DNA of 37,672 nucleotides, taken from IMG/VR virus record IMGVR_UViG_3300020397_000420, positions 1 through 37,672 of that record. The stretch is one strand, 5' to 3'. Numbering within the stretch: position 1 is the first letter of the stretch; each line of letters begins with the position of its first letter. The position numbers and the translations under genes were made by a program. The notes beneath the pieces were generated by a model. That model saw nothing but the letters and a program-made list of their open reading frames with translations. It ran no database searches and was not told the DNA's origin. The stretch is from a virus. Lineage: Duplodnaviria > Caudoviricetes. Positions 8,941 through 17,128 of this stretch are shown piece by piece.

Positions 8941-9185
8941 TGGCAGCTCTTACAATGAACACGGCACCAGCCGATAATGATTATCAGGGGAAGACATTTT
9001 ACGGCTTCAAGCTCGATGCCAACGGAGATTTGAATGTCGTCAAAATAAATGACGGCTCAGTGATCTCCATCCCAGATCCCGACAACCAGGGTGGCCCAGA
9101 CGACTACCGCCACTGGATCTGGACAACTGACACGCTCAACTTCACTTGGGGCACAAACGGACACTTGAACATGGAGATCATTTAA
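8940..9185 (+). CDS. small structural protein of the fibre module
   Basis: 81 aa; TAATG coupling; GAGG RBS. Confidence 0.7.
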   Translation: MAALTMNTAPADNDYQGKTFYGFKLDANGDLNVVKINDGSVISIPDPDNQGGPDDYRHWIWTTDTLNFTWGTNGHLNMEII

Positions 9186-10493
9186 ATGTCTACCATTATG
9201 GATTTAGGTAAATTACGGTTTTATTGGGCTGGCGATTACGATGCCACTACGGTTTACGAGAGTAACGATATAGTGCGCTACGGCGGCAATATTTATGTCT
9301 GGATTTATGGTTTAAAGCAATCAGGGATAGTACCAACTAACACCACCTACTGGGCGAAGATGGTTGAAGGATTCTCCTTCGACGGTGTTTACGACGCAAA
9401 CACGACCTACCAGGCGGGAGATGGTGTCAGTCATGGCGGTAGGGTTTATGTAGCAGTTCAGACAACACAAGGTAACACGCCCCCCAACAGCACTTATTGG
9501 TCGGTATTCGCAGACGGCATACAGTATGAGGCTGCTTATAACAATGCCACAGGTTATCAAAAGAACGACGTTGTAACATACGGCCCTCAAGTTTATATCG
9601 CAAAGCAAGACACCACCGGAAACCTTCCTACGGATACAGTTTATTGGGATAAATTTGTCGAAGGTATTAGCGCATCAGCCGTCTACAATGCTGGGACCGC
9701 ATATGTCCCAGGAAACTTAGTGGCGTATGGCGGGAACATCTACCAAGCCATTGCAAACACAACGGGCAACCTTCCTACCGACACAGCCAACTGGTCGATC
9801 TTTGTCCCCTCGATAAATCCTCGCGGTCCTTGGGCAACTTCCACAGCCTATGAGCCAAATGACCTTGTGGTCTATGGCGGTAAAACTTTTCGCGCACTTC
9901 TTGCTCACGCATCAGGAACTTTTGAGACAGACCTAGCCGCTGGGAACTGGGAACAATTCACCGGAGGAATTGACTGGAAAGGAACATACGCTGCTGGCGG
10001 TACATTCTATAAAGTTGGTGATGTCTTCCGCTACGACGTATCAAGCTACATCGTCACGACAGCGTTCACATCTACCAACTTCGCTGGCGATAGCGCGAAC
10101 TACGAGCAGTTAGCTGTCGGCTCGAACCTAGCAAACGTAGTTGGGCAAGCGAATAAGGTTCTTAGTACAGACGGAACTGTAACACAGTGGATTGTTCCGC
10201 AAGCTGGTTTTGAGTGGTCGGTTAAGACTGCAAACTACACTGCCGTCAACGGAGACAGATTAGTCCTCGATCAATCAGGCGGCACATTCACAGTGACACT
10301 CCCTGCCTCTCCCTCTGTTGGTGACGAAGTTTATGTCATGGACGGAACCGGAACAATGGCAACCGTCAGCGTGGACATAGACAACAATGGCTCTGTCCTC
10401 ATGGGAGCGTCACAAGCACTAACATTCAACGTATCTAACGTAGGTTTCAACCTCGTATATACCGGAGCGACAAACGGCTGGAGGATCGCATAA
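9186..10493 (+). CDS. tail fibre protein with tandem carbohydrate-binding-like repeats
   Basis: 435 aa; six ~50-aa repeats (Y..ND.V.YGG..Y.A...T.GN.PT...YW..F..G) resembling CBM5/12-type modules; C-terminal domain TANYTA..GD...TVTLPASPSVGD...LVY....GW. Confidence 0.8.
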   Translation: MSTIMDLGKLRFYWAGDYDATTVYESNDIVRYGGNIYVWIYGLKQSGIVPTNTTYWAKMVEGFSFDGVYDANTTYQAGDGVSHGGRVYVAVQTTQGNTPPNSTYWSVFADGIQYEAAYNNATGYQKNDVVTYGPQVYIAKQDTTGNLPTDTVYWDKFVEGISASAVYNAGTAYVPGNLVAYGGNIYQAIANTTGNLPTDTANWSIFVPSINPRGPWATSTAYEPNDLVVYGGKTFRALLAHASGTFETDLAAGNWEQFTGGIDWKGTYAAGGTFYKVGDVFRYDVSSYIVTTAFTSTNFAGDSANYEQLAVGSNLANVVGQANKVLSTDGTVTQWIVPQAGFEWSVKTANYTAVNGDRLVLDQSGGTFTVTLPASPSVGDEVYVMDGTGTMATVSVDIDNNGSVLMGASQALTFNVSNVGFNLVYTGATNGWRIA

Positions 10494-10494
10494 A

Positions 10495-12006
10495 ATGGCT
10501 ACACTACTTTCAACATTAGTCGGTGGAACAGGTTCGTCAAGCGACGACGACGCAAGGGAGTTTAAGAACTTCGCAGTTTACGCTGGCATGTGGCACTCTT
10601 GGCCTCAGACCAATATGGAGTTTTCTTCATCATACATTGACGGTTACGCCAACGACAGTTTAGCAGGTGCATATGAGAGTCGTTTCTTAACAAGCAACCA
10701 CACTTTAACAATTCCCTCCGGTGTAACAAAAGTTCGCATCACTTGCATTGGTGCTGGTGGCGGTGGAGGAACGCGATACGGCCAAAACTATAATGCTGGC
10801 GGTGGTGGAGGTGGAGGAGCCTTCGCTATGGGCGAGTTCAACGTAAGTGCTGGTGAGCAATTACAGGTTAATCCAGGCAAATCAGGCCGCGCAGTACAAT
10901 ACAATTATCAAGCAAATGGCGGTACAACGACTTGTGTCGGAACAGGGACTATTACGACCAGTGAAATATCGGTCAGCGCAAATGGCGGTACAGCAGGGTA
11001 TCAGTCTAGTCCAGGGTCTGGGGCAACTACAAAATCAGTTTCGGGATCACGGCTGATTTCTGGCACAAACGTAACCGCTAATGGCGGTAATGGTGGATCA
11101 GGTAGCACCCAGGCTTTTGGGTTTGGTCCAGAGGGCTACGGTGGCGGTGGCGGTGGAGCCGCTGGCTTCGTTCTTGGCAACGGAGGTGATGGTTCCAACA
11201 TGTCTAATAATGGAGGCTACTCATCATTCGGTGGAGGTGGAGGAGCCGTGGGTGGCTACAACGGAGGCTCATGGCCTTTTGGTCAAGCTTCGACAAACAA
11301 CCAGGATTACTGGGCACCAGCAGGTGCTGGTGCTGGGCAAAATGGTGCTAACGGAAGTACAGGTGTAGCTACTCAAGGAGGTAGTGGAAGATTCGGCACC
11401 CTTGGCGGTCAAAAGCAGGGCAAGTACTCTAGCTATCATTTAGACGCTGATAGAATGGGGGCAAATTCGCCAGGTCAGAACCTTGTCGCGACAAACAGCG
11501 GTGGGTCAAATGCTGCCCCCACTGGCGTAGACGGTTATCTATCAACTAAGCAAGCCACTTCAACTTTTGTAACATTCCCGAAAAGTTTTGCATACGGACC
11601 ACTGGCTGTCGCTTACTCCTCCGGTGGGGGTGGTGGCAATGGCTACAGTTCCTACCCTTACTCTCATCCAGGCGGTCATTCTGGCCCAGGTGCTGGTGGT
11701 GGCGGTGGTGCCGCATATAACCAGAATCCGTATTCTAGCCATGTAACTATTGGGGGCAATACAAGATTCGATCTTACCAAAGGTCAATTCTGCGACTACC
11801 ACCAGAACACAAACTTTGCATACGGTGCTTGGGGCGGCAACGCTGGTATCCTCGGAGGAGGAGGCGGAGGCGGTGGCTACTATGGCGATGGCGGCTGTGC
11901 TGGATTTGGCGGCGGCGGCGGCGGTGCTGGTGGTCATTACAGCAGTGGTGCCCACGGCTACGGGGGTTACGGTGGCACTGGTCTTGTTTTAATTGAATGG
12001 GCGTAG
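10495..12006 (+). CDS. glycine-rich distal fibre / receptor-binding adhesin
   Basis: 503 aa; IPSGVTKVRITCIGAGGGGG start of Gly-rich domain, many GGGGG tracts with aromatic loops, C-terminal GLVLIEW. Confidence 0.8.
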   Translation: MATLLSTLVGGTGSSSDDDAREFKNFAVYAGMWHSWPQTNMEFSSSYIDGYANDSLAGAYESRFLTSNHTLTIPSGVTKVRITCIGAGGGGGTRYGQNYNAGGGGGGGAFAMGEFNVSAGEQLQVNPGKSGRAVQYNYQANGGTTTCVGTGTITTSEISVSANGGTAGYQSSPGSGATTKSVSGSRLISGTNVTANGGNGGSGSTQAFGFGPEGYGGGGGGAAGFVLGNGGDGSNMSNNGGYSSFGGGGGAVGGYNGGSWPFGQASTNNQDYWAPAGAGAGQNGANGSTGVATQGGSGRFGTLGGQKQGKYSSYHLDADRMGANSPGQNLVATNSGGSNAAPTGVDGYLSTKQATSTFVTFPKSFAYGPLAVAYSSGGGGGNGYSSYPYSHPGGHSGPGAGGGGGAAYNQNPYSSHVTIGGNTRFDLTKGQFCDYHQNTNFAYGAWGGNAGILGGGGGGGGYYGDGGCAGFGGGGGGAGGHYSSGAHGYGGYGGTGLVLIEWA

Positions 12007-12010
12007 AGAC

Positions 12011-12301
12011 ATGAAAGCGAAAATCATAAATGGTGTTGTGAGCGATCTACAAGATGATGCAATAGCAGATATTCTTAAATCGGTAGATAGCTCCGAAGAA
12101 TGGGTTACAGCGACAAAGGCCGCAAAGACAGGCCAGCATTACAGCGGAGGCAAGTTTATTGAGCCGCCAGAAGAGGCAGATGCTGTAACGCCAGAAATAC
12201 CAGAGGCATATATAGGCTTAAACTTCTCTTTAGAAGACATCGCCGCCTGTGAAGACGGCACAAAAACAATAGATCAAGTCAAAAAGGAAATGGCAGAATA
12301 A
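12011..12301 (+). CDS. small protein after adhesin, probable fibre assembly chaperone
   Basis: MKAKIINGVV...GQHYSGGKFIEP; ATG 12011 preferred over 11993 because it follows the previous stop. Confidence 0.6.
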   Translation: MKAKIINGVVSDLQDDAIADILKSVDSSEEWVTATKAAKTGQHYSGGKFIEPPEEADAVTPEIPEAYIGLNFSLEDIAACEDGTKTIDQVKKEMAE

Positions 12302-12383
12302 AATCTCTGTAACTGGACACCATCCGTTCAGCATTCCTATCGTAACATTTTGTCCAAAAAATGCTGATGGTTTAGCTGGCGGC

Positions 12384-13016
12384 TTGTGCGATCTAGCACA
12401 AGAATTAAAAAAAGATGAAACAAAGCTTGGGGCTGTTCTCTCACATCAATGGGAAAAAGGGGGAACAGCTAATGCTGTTGAAGATTATGAAGAGGGAGGC
12501 TACACCTCTTATCGAAGCGGCATAAATCTCTTCAAAGAGCCTTATCGTGAAAAGTTTATGCCCCTGCACGAAGCGGCACTTGAAGCTTGCTTCAATTATG
12601 TAGCGCAAACTCCCTGGCAAAACCAAGACAATAACCCGCCAGAAGGTCTACTGACTCACGCTTGGGTTTCGATCTACGGCAGAGATCATTTCGTGCCAGA
12701 ACATATCCACACCGACAGTCACATATCATTTGTCTTTTATGGTGCGTCTGATGAAAAGACAGGCCATATCCGTTTTCGTAATCCAGCCGCACAATCATTT
12801 CGGATGTCTCATACACTTGCGGCAGAAATGTTTTGCGAGGTGTATGCGTTTCCCCCGAAGGTCGGACATTTCATTGTGTTCCCTTCCTTCATGTCCCATT
12901 ACACCGACCAACACAAAGGCGATCAAGATCGCATAATTTACAGTGGCAATTTTGTCTTCAGAAGAACTTACTTGGGAGATGGATTTTTAAATGCGACCAA
13001 ACTATCTGACAGTTGA
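12384..13016 (+). CDS. 2OG-Fe(II) oxygenase, TIGR02466-like
   Basis: AWVSIY, HIH, SFVFY, G.IRFRNP, FPSFMSH, DRIIYSGNF; true start may lie upstream (frame open from 12273). Confidence 0.85.
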   Translation: MCDLAQELKKDETKLGAVLSHQWEKGGTANAVEDYEEGGYTSYRSGINLFKEPYREKFMPLHEAALEACFNYVAQTPWQNQDNNPPEGLLTHAWVSIYGRDHFVPEHIHTDSHISFVFYGASDEKTGHIRFRNPAAQSFRMSHTLAAEMFCEVYAFPPKVGHFIVFPSFMSHYTDQHKGDQDRIIYSGNFVFRRTYLGDGFLNATKLSDS

Positions 13017-13524
13017 TGATGTTATCACCGAAGAGGAGATAGCAACTATTCACAAAAAAATGTCACCGAAATTAACCAGAGCAAAAATCGGCAATCCGAA
13101 AGACAAGTGGAAGCGACGAAGCAGAGTTGCTTGGATAGCAAACGACGAAGAACACGCTGATGTAAATGAGGTCATGGAAAAGCTTTGCAGTGTTTTACGC
13201 GATGTCTCCCGACAGCATTGGAAGGTGGAGCTTCCTGTAATCGAAGCCGTTCAGTACACCCACTACGCTGTAGGCGAGTGGTACGGTTGGCATGTTGATG
13301 TTGGCGAGTGCGCTGGCCCTCATCGCATTGTATCTGCCTCTGTCGAGTTAGATGACCCCAAAGATTACTATGGCGGTGGTTTAAAATTCTTTGATCACAC
13401 GCAACCCAATCCCCCTCGTAGAAAGGGAATGATGACGTTATTTCCTTCAATGATGTGCCACAAGGCAAAAACTGTTTGGTGGGGAAAACGGCGATCTTTG
13501 GTTATGTGGGCTGGATTTGGATAA
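12991..13524 (+). CDS. 2OG-Fe(II) oxygenase, prolyl-4-hydroxylase/PKHD-like
   Basis: RRSRVAWI, QYTHY..G..YGWHVD (HxD), YYGGGLKF, FPSMMCH, RRSLVMW. Confidence 0.88.
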   Translation: MRPNYLTVDDVITEEEIATIHKKMSPKLTRAKIGNPKDKWKRRSRVAWIANDEEHADVNEVMEKLCSVLRDVSRQHWKVELPVIEAVQYTHYAVGEWYGWHVDVGECAGPHRIVSASVELDDPKDYYGGGLKFFDHTQPNPPRRKGMMTLFPSMMCHKAKTVWWGKRRSLVMWAGFG

Positions 13525-13525
13525 C

Positions 13526-13557
13526 GGGACGACGAAGCCTACAGCTACAATTATTAT
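13526..13557 (+). promoter_or_regulatory. GGGACGAC motif copy 4, upstream of the scaffold block
   Basis: GGGACGAC 13526-13533, 18 nt spacer, TATTAT 13552-13557. Confidence 0.65.
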
Positions 13558-13578
13558 GCGACAAGAATGGAGAATAGA

Positions 13579-13713
13579 ATGATACATGAATTTAGTTCGT
13601 ACAAAGCTATGCTCAAGAAATCGAACATGGCACGAAACGCCAACATCAAACGTGGTGCATCGCAAGCTGGCACGAAGCCCCCCACAAAAAAGATAGGTAG
13701 GCGTAAGAAGTGA
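13579..13713 (+). CDS. small basic protein (44 aa), not in ORF track
   Basis: GGAG 13569-13572; MIHEFSSYKAMLKKSNMARNANIKRGASQAGTKPPTKKIGRRKK; GTGA overlap with next gene. Confidence 0.7.
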   Translation: MIHEFSSYKAMLKKSNMARNANIKRGASQAGTKPPTKKIGRRKK

Positions 13714-14021
13714 GTACCGCCGCACGACGTTTGAAGCACATTCAAACTTTATCCAGATCTCCGGGCTGGAAGGTTGTCGAGGAAGTGATGAAAGAGGAAA
13801 TAGTTACTCTCGCATTGCAGACAGCAAAAAACCCGAAGAAAACACCAGAAGAGGCCGCCTATTATGCTGGGTGTTTACAGGCCGCTGAAAATCTTCTGAA
13901 CATCGTAAACAACCTAGAACTGAAACTTCAAGGTCAGGCGACTTTGGAGAATTGGGAAGAAAGAAACAACAACGACCCGTTTGCTGACCATCCTACGTTA
14001 GGCGAACAACTTCACCACTAA
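13710..14021 (+). CDS. small helical head-module protein preceding the scaffold
   Basis: 103 aa; L.RSPGWKVV motif and position before the scaffold. Confidence 0.7.
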   Translation: MSTAARRLKHIQTLSRSPGWKVVEEVMKEEIVTLALQTAKNPKKTPEEAAYYAGCLQAAENLLNIVNNLELKLQGQATLENWEERNNNDPFADHPTLGEQLHH

Positions 14022-14051
14022 CTTCCGCTACGGCTGAAAAGGATCATAACA

Positions 14052-15062
14052 ATGTCTATGGAAGACCAAGAACAAATCAATCGAATAGTTTCTCAACAAC
14101 TTGGTGTGCAGTCACAACAGCCACCCGCTCCTCCGGCAGAGCCTCCCGAAGAAACAGAGACTGAAAAGGCACAAACAGATGTCTCCCCTAAAACCGAAGA
14201 TGATAAAACTGATGAAGATCCAATGGCATTCATTGAGATTCAGATGGGTGGTGATCTAAGGAAGCTAACCGACAAGCAGATTGCATCAACATATGATCGC
14301 TATTCAAAGCTTAATCATCGTCATGCAGAGATGTCTCCAGTTATAAAAGTCATCGACCAGCTAGTTGCCCAATCAGGTGCAACGCCCGGTCAGGCAGCAC
14401 AATACATGGTGGACCTTCTGGCACAGGCTGGGAAAAAGAACGTGACTATGGGAGGTGATGGAAACCCCAGCCCAAGACCGGGACAGGATACCCCGCCAGC
14501 TAACATGGAGGCACAAGGTGATCCTTTTGCCAACTGGGAAAGTGAGAACGATGTCTCTCTCCCGCCGGGCTATCGCGAACAGGCACAACAGTTTTCGAAC
14601 ATGAACACGGAGCTTGGTCAGATCAAGCAGATGTTGATGGGTGTGCTGAACAGCGCAAGGGGCACAACTCAACAGGCAATGCAACAACAGAACAATGCTG
14701 CAGCCATGAGAGAGGAAGCCATCAAAAACAACATCAGAGTAAACATCGACAACGCAGCCAACAGACATGGCCTATCTGAAACCGACAGCGAAGATTTTAT
14801 GGTCTACATGGCAGAGCGCGGATTTACTCTGGAAGATTTTATTGATCCAGAACTTGCCGACAAGGTCACCAGAGATTTTTCGATGAACCGGAACGGCCCA
14901 GAGCTTGAACAGCTTCGCAAGATCCATGAACGTCGAATAGCTTTCAAGGGCACAATGCCCGGAACACCCGCTGCTGATGCTGGTCCTGTCCCACAGGAGG
15001 GCGACCAAACCATGAGCAACATGATTAACTCCGCACTTAACAAGAGACAAGGAATGCGCTAA
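14052..15062 (+). CDS. capsid scaffolding protein
   Basis: 336 aa; acidic Pro/Glu-rich N-terminus, Q-rich coiled coil, basic C-terminal tip, upstream of MCP; AAGGA RBS. Confidence 0.75.
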   Translation: MSMEDQEQINRIVSQQLGVQSQQPPAPPAEPPEETETEKAQTDVSPKTEDDKTDEDPMAFIEIQMGGDLRKLTDKQIASTYDRYSKLNHRHAEMSPVIKVIDQLVAQSGATPGQAAQYMVDLLAQAGKKNVTMGGDGNPSPRPGQDTPPANMEAQGDPFANWESENDVSLPPGYREQAQQFSNMNTELGQIKQMLMGVLNSARGTTQQAMQQQNNAAAMREEAIKNNIRVNIDNAANRHGLSETDSEDFMVYMAERGFTLEDFIDPELADKVTRDFSMNRNGPELEQLRKIHERRIAFKGTMPGTPAADAGPVPQEGDQTMSNMINSALNKRQGMR

Positions 15063-15226
15063 TGGCAAAGAGACCTGGACTTTATGCTAACATCCATGCA
15101 AAAAGGCGTAGAATCGCAGCCGGATCTGGGGAGAAAATGCGTAAGCCTGGTTCGCCCGGTGCCCCCACTGCTGCCAATTTCAAACGTGCCGCAAAGACTG
15201 CCAAGAAAAGGAAGCGGCGCGCATAA
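15062..15226 (+). CDS. small very basic protein (54 aa), not in ORF track
   Basis: MAKRPGLYANIHAKRRRIAAGSGEKMRKPGSPGAPTAANFKRAAKTAKKRKRRA; TAATG overlaps on both sides. Confidence 0.8.
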   Translation: MAKRPGLYANIHAKRRRIAAGSGEKMRKPGSPGAPTAANFKRAAKTAKKRKRRA

Positions 15227-15480
15227 TGGCAAAACCACGAAAAGGCAAGGCGAAAGTCAAGGTCACCTCAACCGGCAAAAAGGTGAGCTACGGTCAGGCG
15301 GGAAAAGCTAGGGACGGGGGTCCAAGGGTACGCCCCGGAACTTCTAAAGGCGATAGCTACTGTGCCCGGTCATACGGAATTAAGAAACGACTCCCTGCTA
15401 AAAAACGGAACGATCCAAATACCCCTAACAATCTAAGCCGCAAGCGGTGGAAGTGTAAGGGTAAAAGAAGTGTTGCATAG
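15226..15480 (+). CDS. small basic phage protein (DUF6321-like)
   Basis: 84 aa; KKVSYGQAG, SYCARS, NDPNTPNNLSRKRWKC. Confidence 0.75.
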   Translation: MAKPRKGKAKVKVTSTGKKVSYGQAGKARDGGPRVRPGTSKGDSYCARSYGIKKRLPAKKRNDPNTPNNLSRKRWKCKGKRSVA

Positions 15481-15511
15481 GGACGACGCATTACTTTTTA
15501 CATGAGATATT
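15480..15511 (+). promoter_or_regulatory. GGGACGAC motif copy 5, upstream of major capsid gene
   Basis: GGGACGAC 15480-15487, 18 nt spacer, GATATT 15506-15511. Confidence 0.6.
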
Positions 15512-15646
15512 AGGATTGTTCTTCACAGGCCGTGCATTCTCCACCGCTAGAATAGAAGGACATAAATACCGCTTTTAATACACGACGCCATTTCCGTGTT
15601 TTCCAAAAGCATCTGTTTTTTATTTTCTAATTTTGGAGAACCAATT

Positions 15647-16831
15647 ATGGTTACAGCAATAGCAGGTCTAAGAGGTCCAGGGGAATTCTCCACTGACTTC
15701 AGACCAACGAACTACAGGGAGACTTTCGCCCTGTTGGAGCCAAACGGCTCTGCACCATTTAACGCCTTGTTGTCTATGACAACTGGCGAAGCCACAGATG
15801 ACCCGGCCTTTTCAAACTTTAGAGATGAGCTGCCAGATCGTGTTGTAAAAATCAATAACGCTGGTGGATACAACGCAACAGCAACAACTCTAACAATTGA
15901 TCAGGATACAGAATCTGCATTCCTGATTGCTGGTTCATTACTGTGCAACCCTGCAACTGGTGAGGTTATGCGAGTAACTTCTGACTCAGCTGCAAACGGA
16001 ACGTCGATAGCAGTCGCTAGAAACCTCGGCACGACTGGCCTAACAATCGCAGACAACCAAGATTTATTTGTTTGTGGTTTTGCGGCTGAAGACGGTGCTG
16101 ATGTGGCTACATCGGTGTCATTTGATCCGGTTGCGATTCAGAATTTCACTCAGATCTTTCGGACCTCATTTAGCGTGACTAATACCCTTAAACAAACCTA
16201 CAGACGTACTGGGGATGCTGAAGACGAATTCTCTATGAAGGCTCTAAAACTTCATATGCAAGAAATCGAAAGAGCAATGTTTTTTGGGCATAAGCACCGC
16301 GAAAACTCTGGAGCATCAAACGAGCGCAGATACACTGGTGGTCTTTTAAATAACATCACCAATGTTATCGACGGTTCAACTTGGTCAACTCCAGGTCAGA
16401 TGAACGAAGATTACTTCGACAATCTTCTCATCGAAACCATCTTTGCTTTTGGGTCAAGCCAGAAGATTGCATTTGTCGGACCTAAAGTTGCCGCACACTT
16501 GCAAAAAATCGGTAAGGCTCGATGGCAGCCAACAATGATTGAGGGAGCGTATGGGGTCAATATTACGTCCTATAACACCTCCAGTGGACAGCTTTTAGTC
16601 CATCTCCATCCTCAATTCAGACAGATCCCTTCGATGGCTGAAGCGATGGTGATCATTGACATGTCCCAAGTCAAGTATCGCTACCTACAAGGCAGGGATA
16701 CGCAATTGCTCAGAGACCGACAAGGTCCTGGCGTGGACGCGACCACATCGGAATTTCTTTCTGATTGCGGCCTCGAACTTATGCAAGACAAGGTTCATGC
16801 GTTTATCAAAGGTTGGGCAACAACTGCTTAA
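15647..16831 (+). CDS. major capsid protein (SU10/DUF5309-like, with an inserted beta domain)
   Basis: GGAG RBS then ATG 15647 (394 aa); NFTQIFR, EIERAMFFG, RYTGGL, YG.NI..Y....G.L....HP, E.GLE-like DCGLEL; followed by a strong terminator. Confidence 0.9.
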   Translation: MVTAIAGLRGPGEFSTDFRPTNYRETFALLEPNGSAPFNALLSMTTGEATDDPAFSNFRDELPDRVVKINNAGGYNATATTLTIDQDTESAFLIAGSLLCNPATGEVMRVTSDSAANGTSIAVARNLGTTGLTIADNQDLFVCGFAAEDGADVATSVSFDPVAIQNFTQIFRTSFSVTNTLKQTYRRTGDAEDEFSMKALKLHMQEIERAMFFGHKHRENSGASNERRYTGGLLNNITNVIDGSTWSTPGQMNEDYFDNLLIETIFAFGSSQKIAFVGPKVAAHLQKIGKARWQPTMIEGAYGVNITSYNTSSGQLLVHLHPQFRQIPSMAEAMVIIDMSQVKYRYLQGRDTQLLRDRQGPGVDATTSEFLSDCGLELMQDKVHAFIKGWATTA

Positions 16832-16837
16832 CTTTCT

Positions 16838-16869
16838 TGGGAGGGCTTCGGCCCTCCCATACTTTTCTG
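16838..16869 (+). terminator. intrinsic terminator after major capsid gene
   Basis: 9-bp stem TGGGAGGGC / GCCCTCCCA with TTCG tetraloop, then TACTTTTCT. Confidence 0.85.
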
Positions 16870-16884
16870 AAAAGGAGATTTGAA

Positions 16885-16989
16885 TTGCCATACGTTTCTG
16901 GAAAAAAATACCCGTATACCGCAAAGGGAAAAGCAGCTGCAAAGAAAGCCATGAAGAAGCAAGCTGCAAAAAAGAAAGCGCGGAAGTAG
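16885..16989 (+). CDS. small Lys/Ala-rich protein (34 aa)
   Basis: AAGGAG RBS, TTG start; MPYVSGKKYPYTAKGKAAAKKAMKKQAAKKKARK. Confidence 0.7.
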   Translation: MPYVSGKKYPYTAKGKAAAKKAMKKQAAKKKARK

Positions 16990-16992
16990 TAC

Positions 16993-17097
16993 ATGACTGA
17001 AGAAGAAATGTGCAAGTGCGGCAAGTACGCAAAATGTCAATGCCAAGAAGATGGCTGTGAAGATTGCGATTGCAATAAGGATGGGGAAGAAGAGTGA
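16993..17097 (+). CDS. Cys-rich acidic peptide (34 aa), metallothionein-like; not in ORF track
   Basis: MTEEEMCKCGKYAKCQCQEDGCEDCDCNKDGEEE: 7 Cys in CxC/CxxC pattern, 12 acidic residues; starts 3 nt after previous stop. Confidence 0.6.
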   Translation: MTEEEMCKCGKYAKCQCQEDGCEDCDCNKDGEEE

Positions 17098-17128
17098 CAG
17101 GAATTCTGTACGTTAGACTGCGCGGGAA

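Noticed and set aside
11854-11933. GGA/GGC/GGT triplet runs in the adhesin gene
   Set aside because: Polyglycine codons, in frame and with mixed third positions; not a phase-variation tract. No template repeat or reverse transcriptase was seen to suggest a DGR
8598-13581. Identical 13-mer GGAGAATAGAATG at 8598 and 13569
   Set aside because: Explained by RBS plus A-rich spacer plus ATG; too short to claim a recombination repeat
16765-16989. Possible -1 frameshift extension of the capsid protein into the basic peptide (T7 10B-like)
   Set aside because: The -1 frame is open, but I see no slippery heptamer near the MCP end, a terminator intervenes, and the peptide has its own AAGGAG RBS and TTG start
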